Below are positions 45,257 through 54,624 of a DNA stretch of 64,000 bases, piece by piece. Source of the DNA: an uncultured Gammaproteobacteria bacterium. Its GTDB lineage: Bacteria; Pseudomonadota; Gammaproteobacteria; Steroidobacterales; Steroidobacteraceae. The notes beneath the pieces are model-generated. The model did no database searches, was not told the origin of the DNA, and saw nothing but the letters and a program-made list of their open reading frames with translations. The DNA lies in assembly GCA_963769895.1 (NCBI GenBank), contig CAVYNJ010000004.1, forward strand, positions 5,882-69,881, read 5' to 3'. Both the position numbers and the translations under genes were made by a program. Numbering within the stretch: the first letter of the stretch is position 1; each line of letters starts with the position of its first letter.

Positions 45257-47593
45257 CTACATCCGGATCGTCAACTCAAGACCGTAGGTGCGCGGCTCCC
45301 CAACCAATACGTAATCGAAGCCGAGGCCGCCATCGGACGGATTGCGCTGCGCGAGACCGTACGTCAGGTAGTGCCTGTTCGCAAGATTCTTCGCCCAGAG
45401 CGCGACGCTCATTTGCGGGTTCGATCGTCCGACGAACGTGATCCTGCCGTTGAAGATCCCGTACGACGGCTGCGCAATTCGTTCGGTGTTGAGCGCATCG
45501 TAGTACTGCTTCGTGTAGAAATTGCCGTCGAGCTCGAGGTGCAGGTCACCGGAGCTCATCTGGTACGCGCGCCAATCCATTAGCGCCCCGGCGCTCAGCT
45601 TCGGCGCCATGATCAGTTGATTGCCGGATCGGTCGGCGCCGTGAAGGAACAGCTCCTGATACTTCGTGTTCAGTACCCCGAGATTCGCCTGCAGAGACAA
45701 CGCCGCGGTCGGCCGAGCGCGCACGTCGAGCTCGGCTCCGGCGATCCGCGAGCGCGGCGCATTGACCGTATGGAAGCCGGTGCCGAGATTGTTCGGTAGC
45801 GCGAACGTGTCGAGGAACTGCTGGTCGCGATACTGGTAATAGAAGATTGCCCCGTTGATTTCCAGCCGGCGATTGAGCAACTCACTCTTCTCACCAATCT
45901 CGTAAGCATTCAGTTTTTCGGGGTTTGCGAATGTGAGTTCGACCGGGTTGTTGAACGCTTGGCCGTTGAACGCGGCGCCGCGGTAGCCCTGACTGAAGCT
46001 GGCATAGGTCAGTACGTTGTCGGTGACTTTCCAGTCGACGCCGACCTTCGAACTGACGTTGCTGTTACCCTGGCCGATCGGCGGGTTCGTCGCGCCCTGC
46101 GGGGCGACATAGGATTGGAACAACGTGTACGTAGTTGGCAGCGTCGGGATCGTCTGGGTCCACATCGTCGGCACGGTGTCGGGACCCAAGCCGAGCGGCT
46201 GCGACGTAAGACCGCCTTCCAATGCGTAGAAGTTATCGATCGTGATCGAATCCTTCGTGTAGCGGACGCCGGCGCGCAGATTGACCGCAGGCGTCAGCGC
46301 GTAGGTCAGGTTCAGGAACCCTGCCTTGCTGACACGAATCTGATCGAAACTATTGAACTGGTCGAATCCGTACAGCGTCTGGCCGCTCGGCAGTACGAAG
46401 GTGCCCGGGTAGGAGTCGAAGAAATGAAACTGCTCCGAGCCGTGCGTGTCGTCGCGGCCGTAGTAGACTCCGAGCAGCCCGGCGAGCTTGCCGAGATCGC
46501 GCGATTCGATCCGCACTTCCTGCGAGAACGCGTTGATGCTGGAGGAATACAAATTCGGATCGTCGATATGGATCGCGACGCCTGAGTCGGTCGTTGCGAG
46601 CGCGCCGTCGTCGCTGCGCTCGTACCACAGGCCATAGTCGAATCCGGTGACCGTGGTCAAGGCATAATGATCGGCGAATCGCCAATCGACCTTCAAAGAC
46701 CCGCCGTCGTCGCGGATTTGTTTGTGTATCGCATACTTGGCGCCGCTGTTGAACCAGCCGTAGTCGCCGCTGAAGCCGGTGACCGTCGGATCGTTGTTCA
46801 GCGCTTTAGCGCCGTATGGCGTGCCGCCGGACTTGCTGACCGCGACCTTTAGCAATACCGAAAGGTCATCGTTCGGCCTGAACAGCAGGGTGAAGCGCCC
46901 GGCGGCCGCGTCGATTCCATTCAGCGGTTCGACGCCCGGCACGACACTGCGGACCCAGCCGTCCCGCTTGTCGTAGTACACGGCAGCGCGCCAGCCGAGG
47001 ACGCCGTCGACGATCGGTCCGCCTACCGCGGCGTCCGCGTAGTAGTTCGAGTAATTGCCGACGCCGGCGGTGAGGTAGCCGTCGTAGCCGGTCAAGCTCG
47101 GGTTTTTGGAATAGAAGTTGATGGCGCCACCCGTCGCGTTCTTGCCGTACAGCGTGCCCTGTGGGCCCCGCAGTACCTCGACGCGATCGAGGTCGTAAGT
47201 CTGTAGCGCTTGGATCGCACCGACGCTCTTGTACACGTCGTCGACGTACATTGCGATCGGGCTGCTCTGATTTTGGCTCCAGTCGTTCGTGGTGACGCCG
47301 CGCAATGCGAAGGTCGGCTGCGCTTCCTCGCCGTATGGCAGGCTGAGCTGCAGGTTCGGCACCGCCGCGGCGATATCGGCGGCCTGGCGAATGCCGCGAC
47401 CCTGTAGGTCGGCGCTGGAGAGCGCGGTGACCGCGATCGGCACGTCCTGCACGTTCTCCTTGCGGCGCTGCGCCGTGACGAGGATTTCCTGGAGCGCCTC
47501 TTGCGCGAACACCGGTTCCGGCAAGCACAGCATTGCGCCGAGCGCGAGCGCGAGGGCCGAGGATAGGGCGGGGGCGAGGTGTTGCTTGTTCAT
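45257..47593 (-). CDS. TonB-dependent receptor
   Basis: Signal peptide 'MNKQHLAPALSSALALALGAMLC...AQEA', plug 'EILVTAQRRKENVQDVPIAVTAL', and barrel. An alternative ATG at 47617 overlaps the upstream stop (ATGA). Confidence 0.85.
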   Translation of the reverse strand: MNKQHLAPALSSALALALGAMLCLPEPVFAQEALQEILVTAQRRKENVQDVPIAVTALSSADLQGRGIRQAADIAAAVPNLQLSLPYGEEAQPTFALRGVTTNDWSQNQSSPIAMYVDDVYKSVGAIQALQTYDLDRVEVLRGPQGTLYGKNATGGAINFYSKNPSLTGYDGYLTAGVGNYSNYYADAAVGGPIVDGVLGWRAAVYYDKRDGWVRSVVPGVEPLNGIDAAAGRFTLLFRPNDDLSVLLKVAVSKSGGTPYGAKALNNDPTVTGFSGDYGWFNSGAKYAIHKQIRDDGGSLKVDWRFADHYALTTVTGFDYGLWYERSDDGALATTDSGVAIHIDDPNLYSSSINAFSQEVRIESRDLGKLAGLLGVYYGRDDTHGSEQFHFFDSYPGTFVLPSGQTLYGFDQFNSFDQIRVSKAGFLNLTYALTPAVNLRAGVRYTKDSITIDNFYALEGGLTSQPLGLGPDTVPTMWTQTIPTLPTTYTLFQSYVAPQGATNPPIGQGNSNVSSKVGVDWKVTDNVLTYASFSQGYRGAAFNGQAFNNPVELTFANPEKLNAYEIGEKSELLNRRLEINGAIFYYQYRDQQFLDTFALPNNLGTGFHTVNAPRSRIAGAELDVRARPTAALSLQANLGVLNTKYQELFLHGADRSGNQLIMAPKLSAGALMDWRAYQMSSGDLHLELDGNFYTKQYYDALNTERIAQPSYGIFNGRITFVGRSNPQMSVALWAKNLANRHYLTYGLAQRNPSDGGLGFDYVLVGEPRTYGLELTIRM

Positions 47594-47613
47594 GTGGAGT
47601 TTCCAGTCGTGGA

Positions 47614-50097
47614 TCATGATCGAGGACGGGTGTTCTTCGGATCGTACAGGGGCGTCAGCGAGGCCTTTGCGGCGACGCGCACATTCGCTAGTTGGATTTC
47701 GAAGCGGGCGCCGGCAACGAACTGCGGCGTGACGCCCTCGGCTGCGTGCACATAACCCATCGCAACCGCGGCGCCAAGAGTGTGTCCGTACATTCCGGAG
47801 GTTACGAATCCGATACGGCGCGAATCGGCATAGATCGGCTCATTGTGATAGATCATCGGCGCGGGGTCCTCGAGCAGGAATTGCAACAGGCGGCGCTTCG
47901 GCACGCCGGCCTCGCGCTCGGCGAGAACCGCGTCGCGGCCGATGAATCCACCGGGCTTCGCGAAGTCGCACGTAAAGGCGAGCCCTGCGGCGACCGGCGT
48001 GTCGTCCGGACCGATGTCATGGGACCATTCGCGGTACGCCTTTTCGATCCGCAGCGAATTCAACGTGTGGTAACCGCAGTGCTGCAGCCCGAAAGCCTTG
48101 CCGGCCTCGATCAGCCGGTCGTAGACCGGCAGCGCGAAAGCGGTCGGCACATACAGCTCCCAGCCGAGCTCCCCGACGTAAGTGAGCCGGATCGCCAGCA
48201 CGGTCTGGTAGCCGATCCGGATTTCGCGGGCGGTGCCGAACGGGAAACCTTGCGGCGAAAAATCGTCCGTGGATAATGTCTGCAGCAGGCGCCGCGATTC
48301 CGGGCCCTGCAGGTTCAGCATGGCATACGCACCCGAGACATCGGTGATCACGACGAACGCACCCTCCGGCGCGTGATTGCGAATCCACGATTCGACGTGC
48401 GTGTGCGTGAATGCCGCAGTCAGTACGAGAAAACGGTCGTCGGCAAGGCGCGTGACCGTGAGGTCGGCCTCGATGCCGCCGCGTTCATTCAAGAATTGGG
48501 TGTAGACGCAGCGTCCGACCGCGACGTCGACATTCGCGGTGCAGATGCGATTGAGGATTGAGGGAGCATCCCGGCCCTGGACGAGCAGCTTGCTGAAAGA
48601 GGTTTGCTCGAACACGCCGACCCGCTCGCGCACAGCCACGTGTTCGGCCGCATTATTCTCGAACCAGTTCTGCCGTCCCCAGGCATATCGGTACTCGGGC
48701 GTCTGCCCGGGACGCGCATACCAGTTCGGCCGCTCCCAGCCCGCCGACTCGCCGAAGCAGGCCCCGGCCGCTGCGAGCCGGTCGTGCAGGATGCTTTTCT
48801 TGATGCCGCGCGTGGTTTCCCATTGCCGGAACGGCCAATGATCCTGATAGCCGATTCCGAGCGCCTCGACGGTGCGATCGCGCAGATACAGATCATTGTC
48901 TTGCCACGGATGCATGCGCCGCACGTTCACGGACCAGACATCCATCGGCGCACGGCCGTCGACGATCCATTGGGCCATCACGTATCCGACGCCCCCGCCC
49001 GAGAGGATCCCAAGCGAATTGAAGCCGGCGGCGACGAAGAAATTCCTCAGGTTCGGCGCCTCGCCCATCAGGTAGTTGTGATCCGGCGTGAACGATTCGG
49101 GCCCGCAGAAGAGCAGCTTGATGCCGGTGTCCAGCAACTGCGGTACCCGTTGCATCGCCTTCTCGATGTGCGGGTACATCCGCTCCCAGTTCGGCGGTAT
49201 GTCGCCGAATGAGAACTCCTCCGGGATCCCATGTTCGCCCCACGGGACCGCCCGGGTCTCGAACAGGCCCACCATGATCTTGCCGGCTTCCTCGCGGATG
49301 TAGGCCGAGTTGCCGGGATCGCGCAGGATCGGCAATTTCGGGTGCACGCCGGCGACCGGTTCGGAGACCAGGTAGTAGTGCTCGGCGGCGTGCAGTGGAA
49401 CATTGACGCCGGCCATCCGGCCGATCGTTCGCGCCCACATGCCGGCGCAATTGACGACGTATTCGGCCTCGATCTCGCCCGACTCGGTGCGCACGCCGGT
49501 GACCCGGCCGTCGCGCTGCAGGATCGCCGTGACCTTCGTATGCTCGAAGATGTTGACGCCGTTCTGACGGGCGCCGCGCGCGAGCGCCTGGGTGACGTCC
49601 GTCGGATTGACCCGAGCGTCGTTCGGAAAGTAGAACGCGGCGACCAGGTCGTCGACGTAAGCGAGCGGCCACAGCTTCTTGACCTCGGACGGACCGATTT
49701 CGTGCGCCTCGACACCGAAGCTCGCGGCCATGTGACAGCCGCGGCGCATTTCCTCCGCCTTGTCTGAAGTCATCGCGAGCTGGATCGATCCCGTGTCGAT
49801 CAGACCGGTCGCCTGCCCCGTCTCTGCCTCGAGCCGGCGATACAGATCCTGGGAATACTTCGCGAGCTTTGTTTGGGTTTCGGTGTCGCGCAGCGTCGTC
49901 AGCAGTCCCGCGGCGTGCCACGTCGTGCCCGAGGTCAATTGCTTGCGCTCCAGCAGCACGACGTCCCGCCAGCCGAGCTTCGCGAGATGGTAGGCGACCG
50001 AGCAGCCGCTGACGCCGCCACCGACGATGACGACCCGGGCGCGCGGCGGCAGCGCCCGGACACGGGCGCCGGAGTCGCCGCTCTCGAGATTCCCCAT
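47614..50097 (-). CDS. FAD-dependent oxidoreductase fused to a GcvT-like folate-binding domain (dimethylglycine/sarcosine dehydrogenase family)
   Basis: 'VVIVGGGVSGCSVAYHLAK' is a dinucleotide fold with DAO-like N-terminal half. The C-terminal half is aminomethyltransferase-like ('FSKLLVQGRDA...'). Confidence 0.85.
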   Translation of the reverse strand: MGNLESGDSGARVRALPPRARVVIVGGGVSGCSVAYHLAKLGWRDVVLLERKQLTSGTTWHAAGLLTTLRDTETQTKLAKYSQDLYRRLEAETGQATGLIDTGSIQLAMTSDKAEEMRRGCHMAASFGVEAHEIGPSEVKKLWPLAYVDDLVAAFYFPNDARVNPTDVTQALARGARQNGVNIFEHTKVTAILQRDGRVTGVRTESGEIEAEYVVNCAGMWARTIGRMAGVNVPLHAAEHYYLVSEPVAGVHPKLPILRDPGNSAYIREEAGKIMVGLFETRAVPWGEHGIPEEFSFGDIPPNWERMYPHIEKAMQRVPQLLDTGIKLLFCGPESFTPDHNYLMGEAPNLRNFFVAAGFNSLGILSGGGVGYVMAQWIVDGRAPMDVWSVNVRRMHPWQDNDLYLRDRTVEALGIGYQDHWPFRQWETTRGIKKSILHDRLAAAGACFGESAGWERPNWYARPGQTPEYRYAWGRQNWFENNAAEHVAVRERVGVFEQTSFSKLLVQGRDAPSILNRICTANVDVAVGRCVYTQFLNERGGIEADLTVTRLADDRFLVLTAAFTHTHVESWIRNHAPEGAFVVITDVSGAYAMLNLQGPESRRLLQTLSTDDFSPQGFPFGTAREIRIGYQTVLAIRLTYVGELGWELYVPTAFALPVYDRLIEAGKAFGLQHCGYHTLNSLRIEKAYREWSHDIGPDDTPVAAGLAFTCDFAKPGGFIGRDAVLAEREAGVPKRRLLQFLLEDPAPMIYHNEPIYADSRRIGFVTSGMYGHTLGAAVAMGYVHAAEGVTPQFVAGARFEIQLANVRVAAKASLTPLYDPKNTRPRS

Positions 50098-50204
50098 GGG
50101 AAAAGTATGCTCCGCGAACCGCCGCCGGATCTTTCGTGTTCGTGCCGCGCCTGTCGAAAGCTTGCTGTTTTCACGCGCCGGCGGCGACCGCCGCCGATTG
50201 CGCA

Positions 50205-51164
50205 TCAGGAGCGGCAGATCTCTCGATAGCGCCGAGGCGTCGTGCCGCAGCGGCGGCCGAAAATCGTCGTGAAATGACTCTGTGTCGCGAAGCCGACCCT
50301 ATTTGCGATGTCGACGATCTCGAGGTTCGTCGACCGCAAGAGTTCCTTCGCCCGCTCGATGCGCCGTGCAATCACATATTGGCGCGGAGAATGTCCGGTC
50401 GCCTTGCGAAACGCGCGGGCGAAGCGGAAGGGGCTCATGTCAGGCGCCGCCGAGAGGCTCTCGAGGGTGAGATCCTCGCCGAGGTGCGCTTCGATGAAAT
50501 CGGTGACCAGGCGGAGTTGGCGCGTGGTCATCTCGATCCGCGCAGTCGCCGCTCCGGTCGCGGTCGAATGCCGCCGAACCAGGATCAGCGCAAGGGAACG
50601 GGCAATCGTGTCGGCGAACAAGCGGGTCCCGAGACCCGGGTTCTCGAGCTCGCCGAGCACCTGCCGGGCGATGTCGCTTATCGCGAGATCCACGATCCCG
50701 ACACCCTCGATCAGCCCGACCGGATGCACGCCGATCTCGCGGGCGACCTCGTCGACGATAGCGGGATCGAGGAACATGTGCAGTTCGTCGATCGCGGTCG
50801 GGCACGCCCAGACGCTGTCCTGCCCGGCAGCCATCAGCATCACGTTGCCCGGGGACGAATGCCCGAGATGAGTCCGGCCGCCCCACTGCGTGCGGATCTC
50901 ACATGGCCGAAGCAGGTGCGCCGCGATGAAATGCCGGTTGACCGGCGGCAGAGACATTTCCCAACATCGCAAGCCGTCGAACCTATAGGCATCCAGATGG
51001 CGCCAGCCGAGCGCGGCGCTGCTTTGTGTCGGCTCGAGCGGCAGCACGGCCTGCCAGCGGCGCACTCCCGTGGGGGTCGGCGGGCTCGTCTCCAGCATGT
51101 CATTCCCTTCTTGAGGCACCATGGCCGCGATTCGCACGGTGGCTACTTCCGCCGCAGGGAGCAT
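50205..51164 (-). CDS. AraC-family transcriptional regulator
   Basis: C-terminal double HTH: 'LTLESLSAAPDMSPFRFARAFRKATGHSPRQYVIARRIERAKELL...IANRVGFATQSHFTTIF'. The start is uncertain (51164, 51122 or 51098). Confidence 0.85.
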   Translation of the reverse strand: MLPAAEVATVRIAAMVPQEGNDMLETSPPTPTGVRRWQAVLPLEPTQSSAALGWRHLDAYRFDGLRCWEMSLPPVNRHFIAAHLLRPCEIRTQWGGRTHLGHSSPGNVMLMAAGQDSVWACPTAIDELHMFLDPAIVDEVAREIGVHPVGLIEGVGIVDLAISDIARQVLGELENPGLGTRLFADTIARSLALILVRRHSTATGAATARIEMTTRQLRLVTDFIEAHLGEDLTLESLSAAPDMSPFRFARAFRKATGHSPRQYVIARRIERAKELLRSTNLEIVDIANRVGFATQSHFTTIFGRRCGTTPRRYREICRS

Positions 51165-51188
51165 TATATCGTTGTGCTCGGGGGCTTA

Positions 51189-52589
51189 CTACGGCGCAGC
51201 GTAGCCGCCACGCCCCGAGGCGATCACAAAGCGGCTGGCGACGATGTGGACGATGCCGGCGACGAGCATCGACGGTAACGAGGCGGTCAAGTATCGGTAG
51301 GGCCCAAATGAGGCATAGGTCAGCGGATTCAGGAGACCGACGTAGGCTGTACAGCCCGCGGCCAGCGCGAACAGCGCGGCCGGATTGATCCCACCCCAGA
51401 AGAAATACGGGCTCCTTGGGCCATCGCGGTAGATTGCTCGAATGTCGATGCGCCGGCGACGCAAAATGAAGTAATCGGCGATCTGAATCCCGCACAGCGG
51501 CGCGAACGCGACGCCGATCAACGCGAGAAAGCTGCCGAACTTCGCAAAGAATAGCTCCGGTATGAACAGTCCGATCCCCGCGACCGGCGCCAGCGTGATC
51601 AGCAGCAACGCCGTCCACGACCGGTTTTCGAGGACTTTGAAATTGCGCAAGCCGATCGTCGACGCATAGACACCCGCAATCGCCGTGCCGAAGTTCGCGG
51701 CGGTCACGAATCCAAGCGCGATCACCGCGTACAGCGGGCCGCCGACGGTGCGCAGCCACACGGCCGGATCCGAGCTTTTGAGGACCAATATCCCGGCAAG
51801 TCCAATCATACTGAGCAGCGGCACCGGCGCGCCCATGCCGAGCATGACGGGCAACACCACGGCTCGACCGTTCGGCGCCATCCGAATCATCGCGCCGATG
51901 TACGGCCACCAGGACAGCGTCGTCGCGATTCCCAGCTCGATGCCGGTCGTGTAGTTCCAAAGCCGATCCGGATGCGCAGCCGCCGGAACCGCGGCGATCA
52001 GATCCGGCCAGCGCCGCGACACGAGTAGGTAAAGCATCCACAGACCGACAAACACGTGCGCGACGAGGATGTTCGAAACCGTCGCCACGCCTCGCGCGCC
52101 GCGCCTGAGCGCGACAAAGATGACGAGACAGGCAAATAGAGTCAGCCCCGGAACGGCCACAGGCAACACCTTGCCGCTAGGCGATACCCCCAATGCAACG
52201 AAGAGTTGCACCGCAGATTTTGCAAAGAATATGATCAACAAGGAATTCCAACCGATGATCGAGACCGCTTGCAAGGCTGCCGGCACGACCCAGCCGCGGC
52301 TGCCGAACTGCGGTTTGGTCGCGGCGATCGAGTCGATCCCGAAGCGCACTGATAGCGGTCCGCCGGCGAGCAGCACGAGCAGCATGCCGATCATGCATCC
52401 CGCGGTCAGCGTGATCGCGCCCGGAACGAAACCGAGATAGCCGCCGACCGATTCGCCGATCAGATAGCACCAGGTCGCCGCGGCAGCGGTTGCGAGCGTG
52501 ATTCCGAGGCGCAATGGGCCCCAAGTGCGTGCCGCCGGCGGCAGCGGCCAGGCGCTTTCGTCGGCGGGCGCGGCGCCGACATCGGTCAT
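51189..52589 (-). CDS. NCS1-family (purine-cytosine/hydantoin-type) permease
   Basis: 12-TM pattern. I place the start at the ATG that overlaps the upstream small-ORF stop (ATGA). The ORF-track start is 52613. Confidence 0.8.
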   Translation of the reverse strand: MTDVGAAPADESAWPLPPAARTWGPLRLGITLATAAAATWCYLIGESVGGYLGFVPGAITLTAGCMIGMLLVLLAGGPLSVRFGIDSIAATKPQFGSRGWVVPAALQAVSIIGWNSLLIIFFAKSAVQLFVALGVSPSGKVLPVAVPGLTLFACLVIFVALRRGARGVATVSNILVAHVFVGLWMLYLLVSRRWPDLIAAVPAAAHPDRLWNYTTGIELGIATTLSWWPYIGAMIRMAPNGRAVVLPVMLGMGAPVPLLSMIGLAGILVLKSSDPAVWLRTVGGPLYAVIALGFVTAANFGTAIAGVYASTIGLRNFKVLENRSWTALLLITLAPVAGIGLFIPELFFAKFGSFLALIGVAFAPLCGIQIADYFILRRRRIDIRAIYRDGPRSPYFFWGGINPAALFALAAGCTAYVGLLNPLTYASFGPYRYLTASLPSMLVAGIVHIVASRFVIASGRGGYAAP

Positions 52590-52786
52590 CGGGTCGGGCC
52601 GCTGGTCAGCCAACCGTAGGCGATCAATCCGAGCGGCAGCAGCGCGCCGAGCAGGATCATCCAGAACCAGCTCATCGCGTCGAAATCGACCGACGGCGAG
52701 GCGGCCTCGACCTCGCGCAGCCGCGCGTCTAGGGCATCCGGTGCGGTACCGTCGTTCGCGGAAGCGGTTCCGCGGTAGTTAGGCAC
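52586..52786 (-). CDS. small single-TM protein between the ALDH and permease genes
   Basis: '...MSWFWMILLGALLPLGLIAYGWLTSGPTR'. Its stop overlaps the permease ATG (ATGA). A candidate GTG start overlaps the ALDH stop, and an alternative internal ATG lies at 52675. Confidence 0.4.
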   Translation of the reverse strand: MPNYRGTASANDGTAPDALDARLREVEAASPSVDFDAMSWFWMILLGALLPLGLIAYGWLTSGPTR

Positions 52787-54296
52787 GCCCTTCGCCAGCG
52801 AACGCCTCGGCGTCCGAATAGGGGAACCACCAAAAATCATGCGGCTTGGCGGCCGAGTCGATCATCGCAAATTTGGTGTGCCGGAACGTATCCAGTCCCT
52901 CGGCGCCGAGTTGCCGGCCTATGCCGGACTGCTTGCGGCCGCCGAACGGGCCCGCGTCGTTATCCAGCAGCGGTGCATTGACCCAAACCATGCCGGCCTC
53001 GAGCTCGTTAACCGCGCGCATCGACTCGTCCAGGTTACAAGTATAGATCGTCGCGCCAAGCCCGTAACGCGAGCGGTTCGCCAGCCGGATCGCCTCGTCG
53101 AAGTCCCGAACCCGAGTCACTGGCGCGACCGGACCGAAGGATTCTTCGTTCATGATCGCCGCCTCGGCGGGCACGTCGCAAAGCACCGTCGCATCGGCGA
53201 ACCAACCTTTCAGCAGCCCGGCGGGGCGTCCGCCGCCGGCGCGCACGCGGCCGCCGTCGCGCTTGGCGCCCTCGAGCACGCCCGCGTAGCGTTCGTACTC
53301 CCGCCGCGAGGCGAGCGGGCCCATATCGACCCGCCCCAGGCCGTTGCCGATCCTCACGGCCTTCGCGTGGTGAACGAGTCGTTCGACAAACGCATCGTGG
53401 ATCTGTTCGTGTACGTAAAAGCGTTCTGCGGCCGCGCAGACCTGACCGCAATTGAGATAGGCGCCGAATGCGGCTCCTCGAGCCGCGACCTCGAGCGGCG
53501 CCGACGGCATGACAATGAATGGATCGTTGCCGGAGGTCTCGATCAGCGACCGCTTGTAACGCCGAGCGCAGCTCTCGGCCACCGCGCGTCCGGTCTCTAT
53601 GCCGCCGGTGAATGCGACCATGTGCGTATTCGGATCCTCGACGAGCTGCTTGCCGACGGCGCCGCCGCCGGCGAGCACCTGAACGAGCCCTGGCGGCAGG
53701 CCGTCGAACGCGGACACGAACTCGAGGGTCGTCAGCGTCGTCAGATCGGATGGCTTGATGATCACTGCGTTGCCGCAGGCGAGCGCAGCAGCGGCCTGCC
53801 AGCAAAGCAGACACAAGGGATAATTGAACGGAAGGATGATGACGGCGACGCCGAGCGGATCTTTCGTCGAAAAATGAAACTGTCCATCGACGGTAGGACC
53901 CAGCACTCGTCCGTTGTCGTGGCGCGCGACCTCGGCGTAGTAATCAGTCGCCGTACTCGACCAGCCGACCTCGTCTGCGGACTCCTTGTACGGTTTGCCC
54001 ATTTCGCGCGTCAGCATCTCGGCGACGACTGCTCGGTTGTGAATCATGCGCCGCGAAACCTCATGCAACAATTCGGCGCGCCGATGATAGTTGACCTTCG
54101 CCCAGCCGCGTTGCGCGGCATTTGCAGCGGCGATCGCAGTTGTGATCTCCGCCGGCGTCGCCTCGACGATCGCGCCGATGCGCTCCTCGGTTGCCGGATC
54201 GATTACATCAAGCGCGTGTGCGCCGGTTGCACGCCGCAATGTACCCTCGATTCGATGATGGCCGCTCAATTTGGCGAACGCCGTTCTCGCATCCAT
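52779..54296 (-). CDS. NAD(P)-dependent aldehyde dehydrogenase
   Basis: 505 aa. 'FTGGIETGR', the catalytic region 'LNCGQVCAAAERFYV' and 'EESFGPV'. Confidence 0.9.
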   Translation of the reverse strand: MDARTAFAKLSGHHRIEGTLRRATGAHALDVIDPATEERIGAIVEATPAEITTAIAAANAAQRGWAKVNYHRRAELLHEVSRRMIHNRAVVAEMLTREMGKPYKESADEVGWSSTATDYYAEVARHDNGRVLGPTVDGQFHFSTKDPLGVAVIILPFNYPLCLLCWQAAAALACGNAVIIKPSDLTTLTTLEFVSAFDGLPPGLVQVLAGGGAVGKQLVEDPNTHMVAFTGGIETGRAVAESCARRYKRSLIETSGNDPFIVMPSAPLEVAARGAAFGAYLNCGQVCAAAERFYVHEQIHDAFVERLVHHAKAVRIGNGLGRVDMGPLASRREYERYAGVLEGAKRDGGRVRAGGGRPAGLLKGWFADATVLCDVPAEAAIMNEESFGPVAPVTRVRDFDEAIRLANRSRYGLGATIYTCNLDESMRAVNELEAGMVWVNAPLLDNDAGPFGGRKQSGIGRQLGAEGLDTFRHTKFAMIDSAAKPHDFWWFPYSDAEAFAGEGRA

Positions 54297-54515
54297 AAAT
54301 GCCCCCCATCTTCGCGAACGATGACTTGTCGGAAGATCGGCATTCTGCGCGTTGCCGGATGCTAGGGCTTTCCGTTTATCGGGAGGTTTTGCGGGACCTT
54401 GCCGCTTTCTTGCGGTGTCGGGTCAAGCTCTGCGGGACTTTTGCGGTCGCGCCAGGGTAAGCCTGGGAAAGGAGGAAGCTCAATGTAGAGGGCGGAAATT
54501 TTTCGATTGAATCCA

Positions 54516-54538
54516 GAGGGTTCGACTCCCTCCCGGCA
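54516..54538 (+). repeat. tRNA-like 3' end fragment (T-arm plus acceptor strand, Leu-like), copy 4
   Basis: GAGGG TTCGACT CCCTC CCGGCA. No matching 5' half lies within tRNA distance. It is preceded by four TTGCGG-type repeats (54388-54447) like those upstream of copies 1-3. Confidence 0.4.
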
Positions 54539-54624
54539 AAGGCTAGCCACCGGCCGGAAGCCGGCCTTGCATGTGCGTGCGGTGACGCACGACTTGAAGC
54601 GTAGGCAGCGGGTACCGAAGCCGC

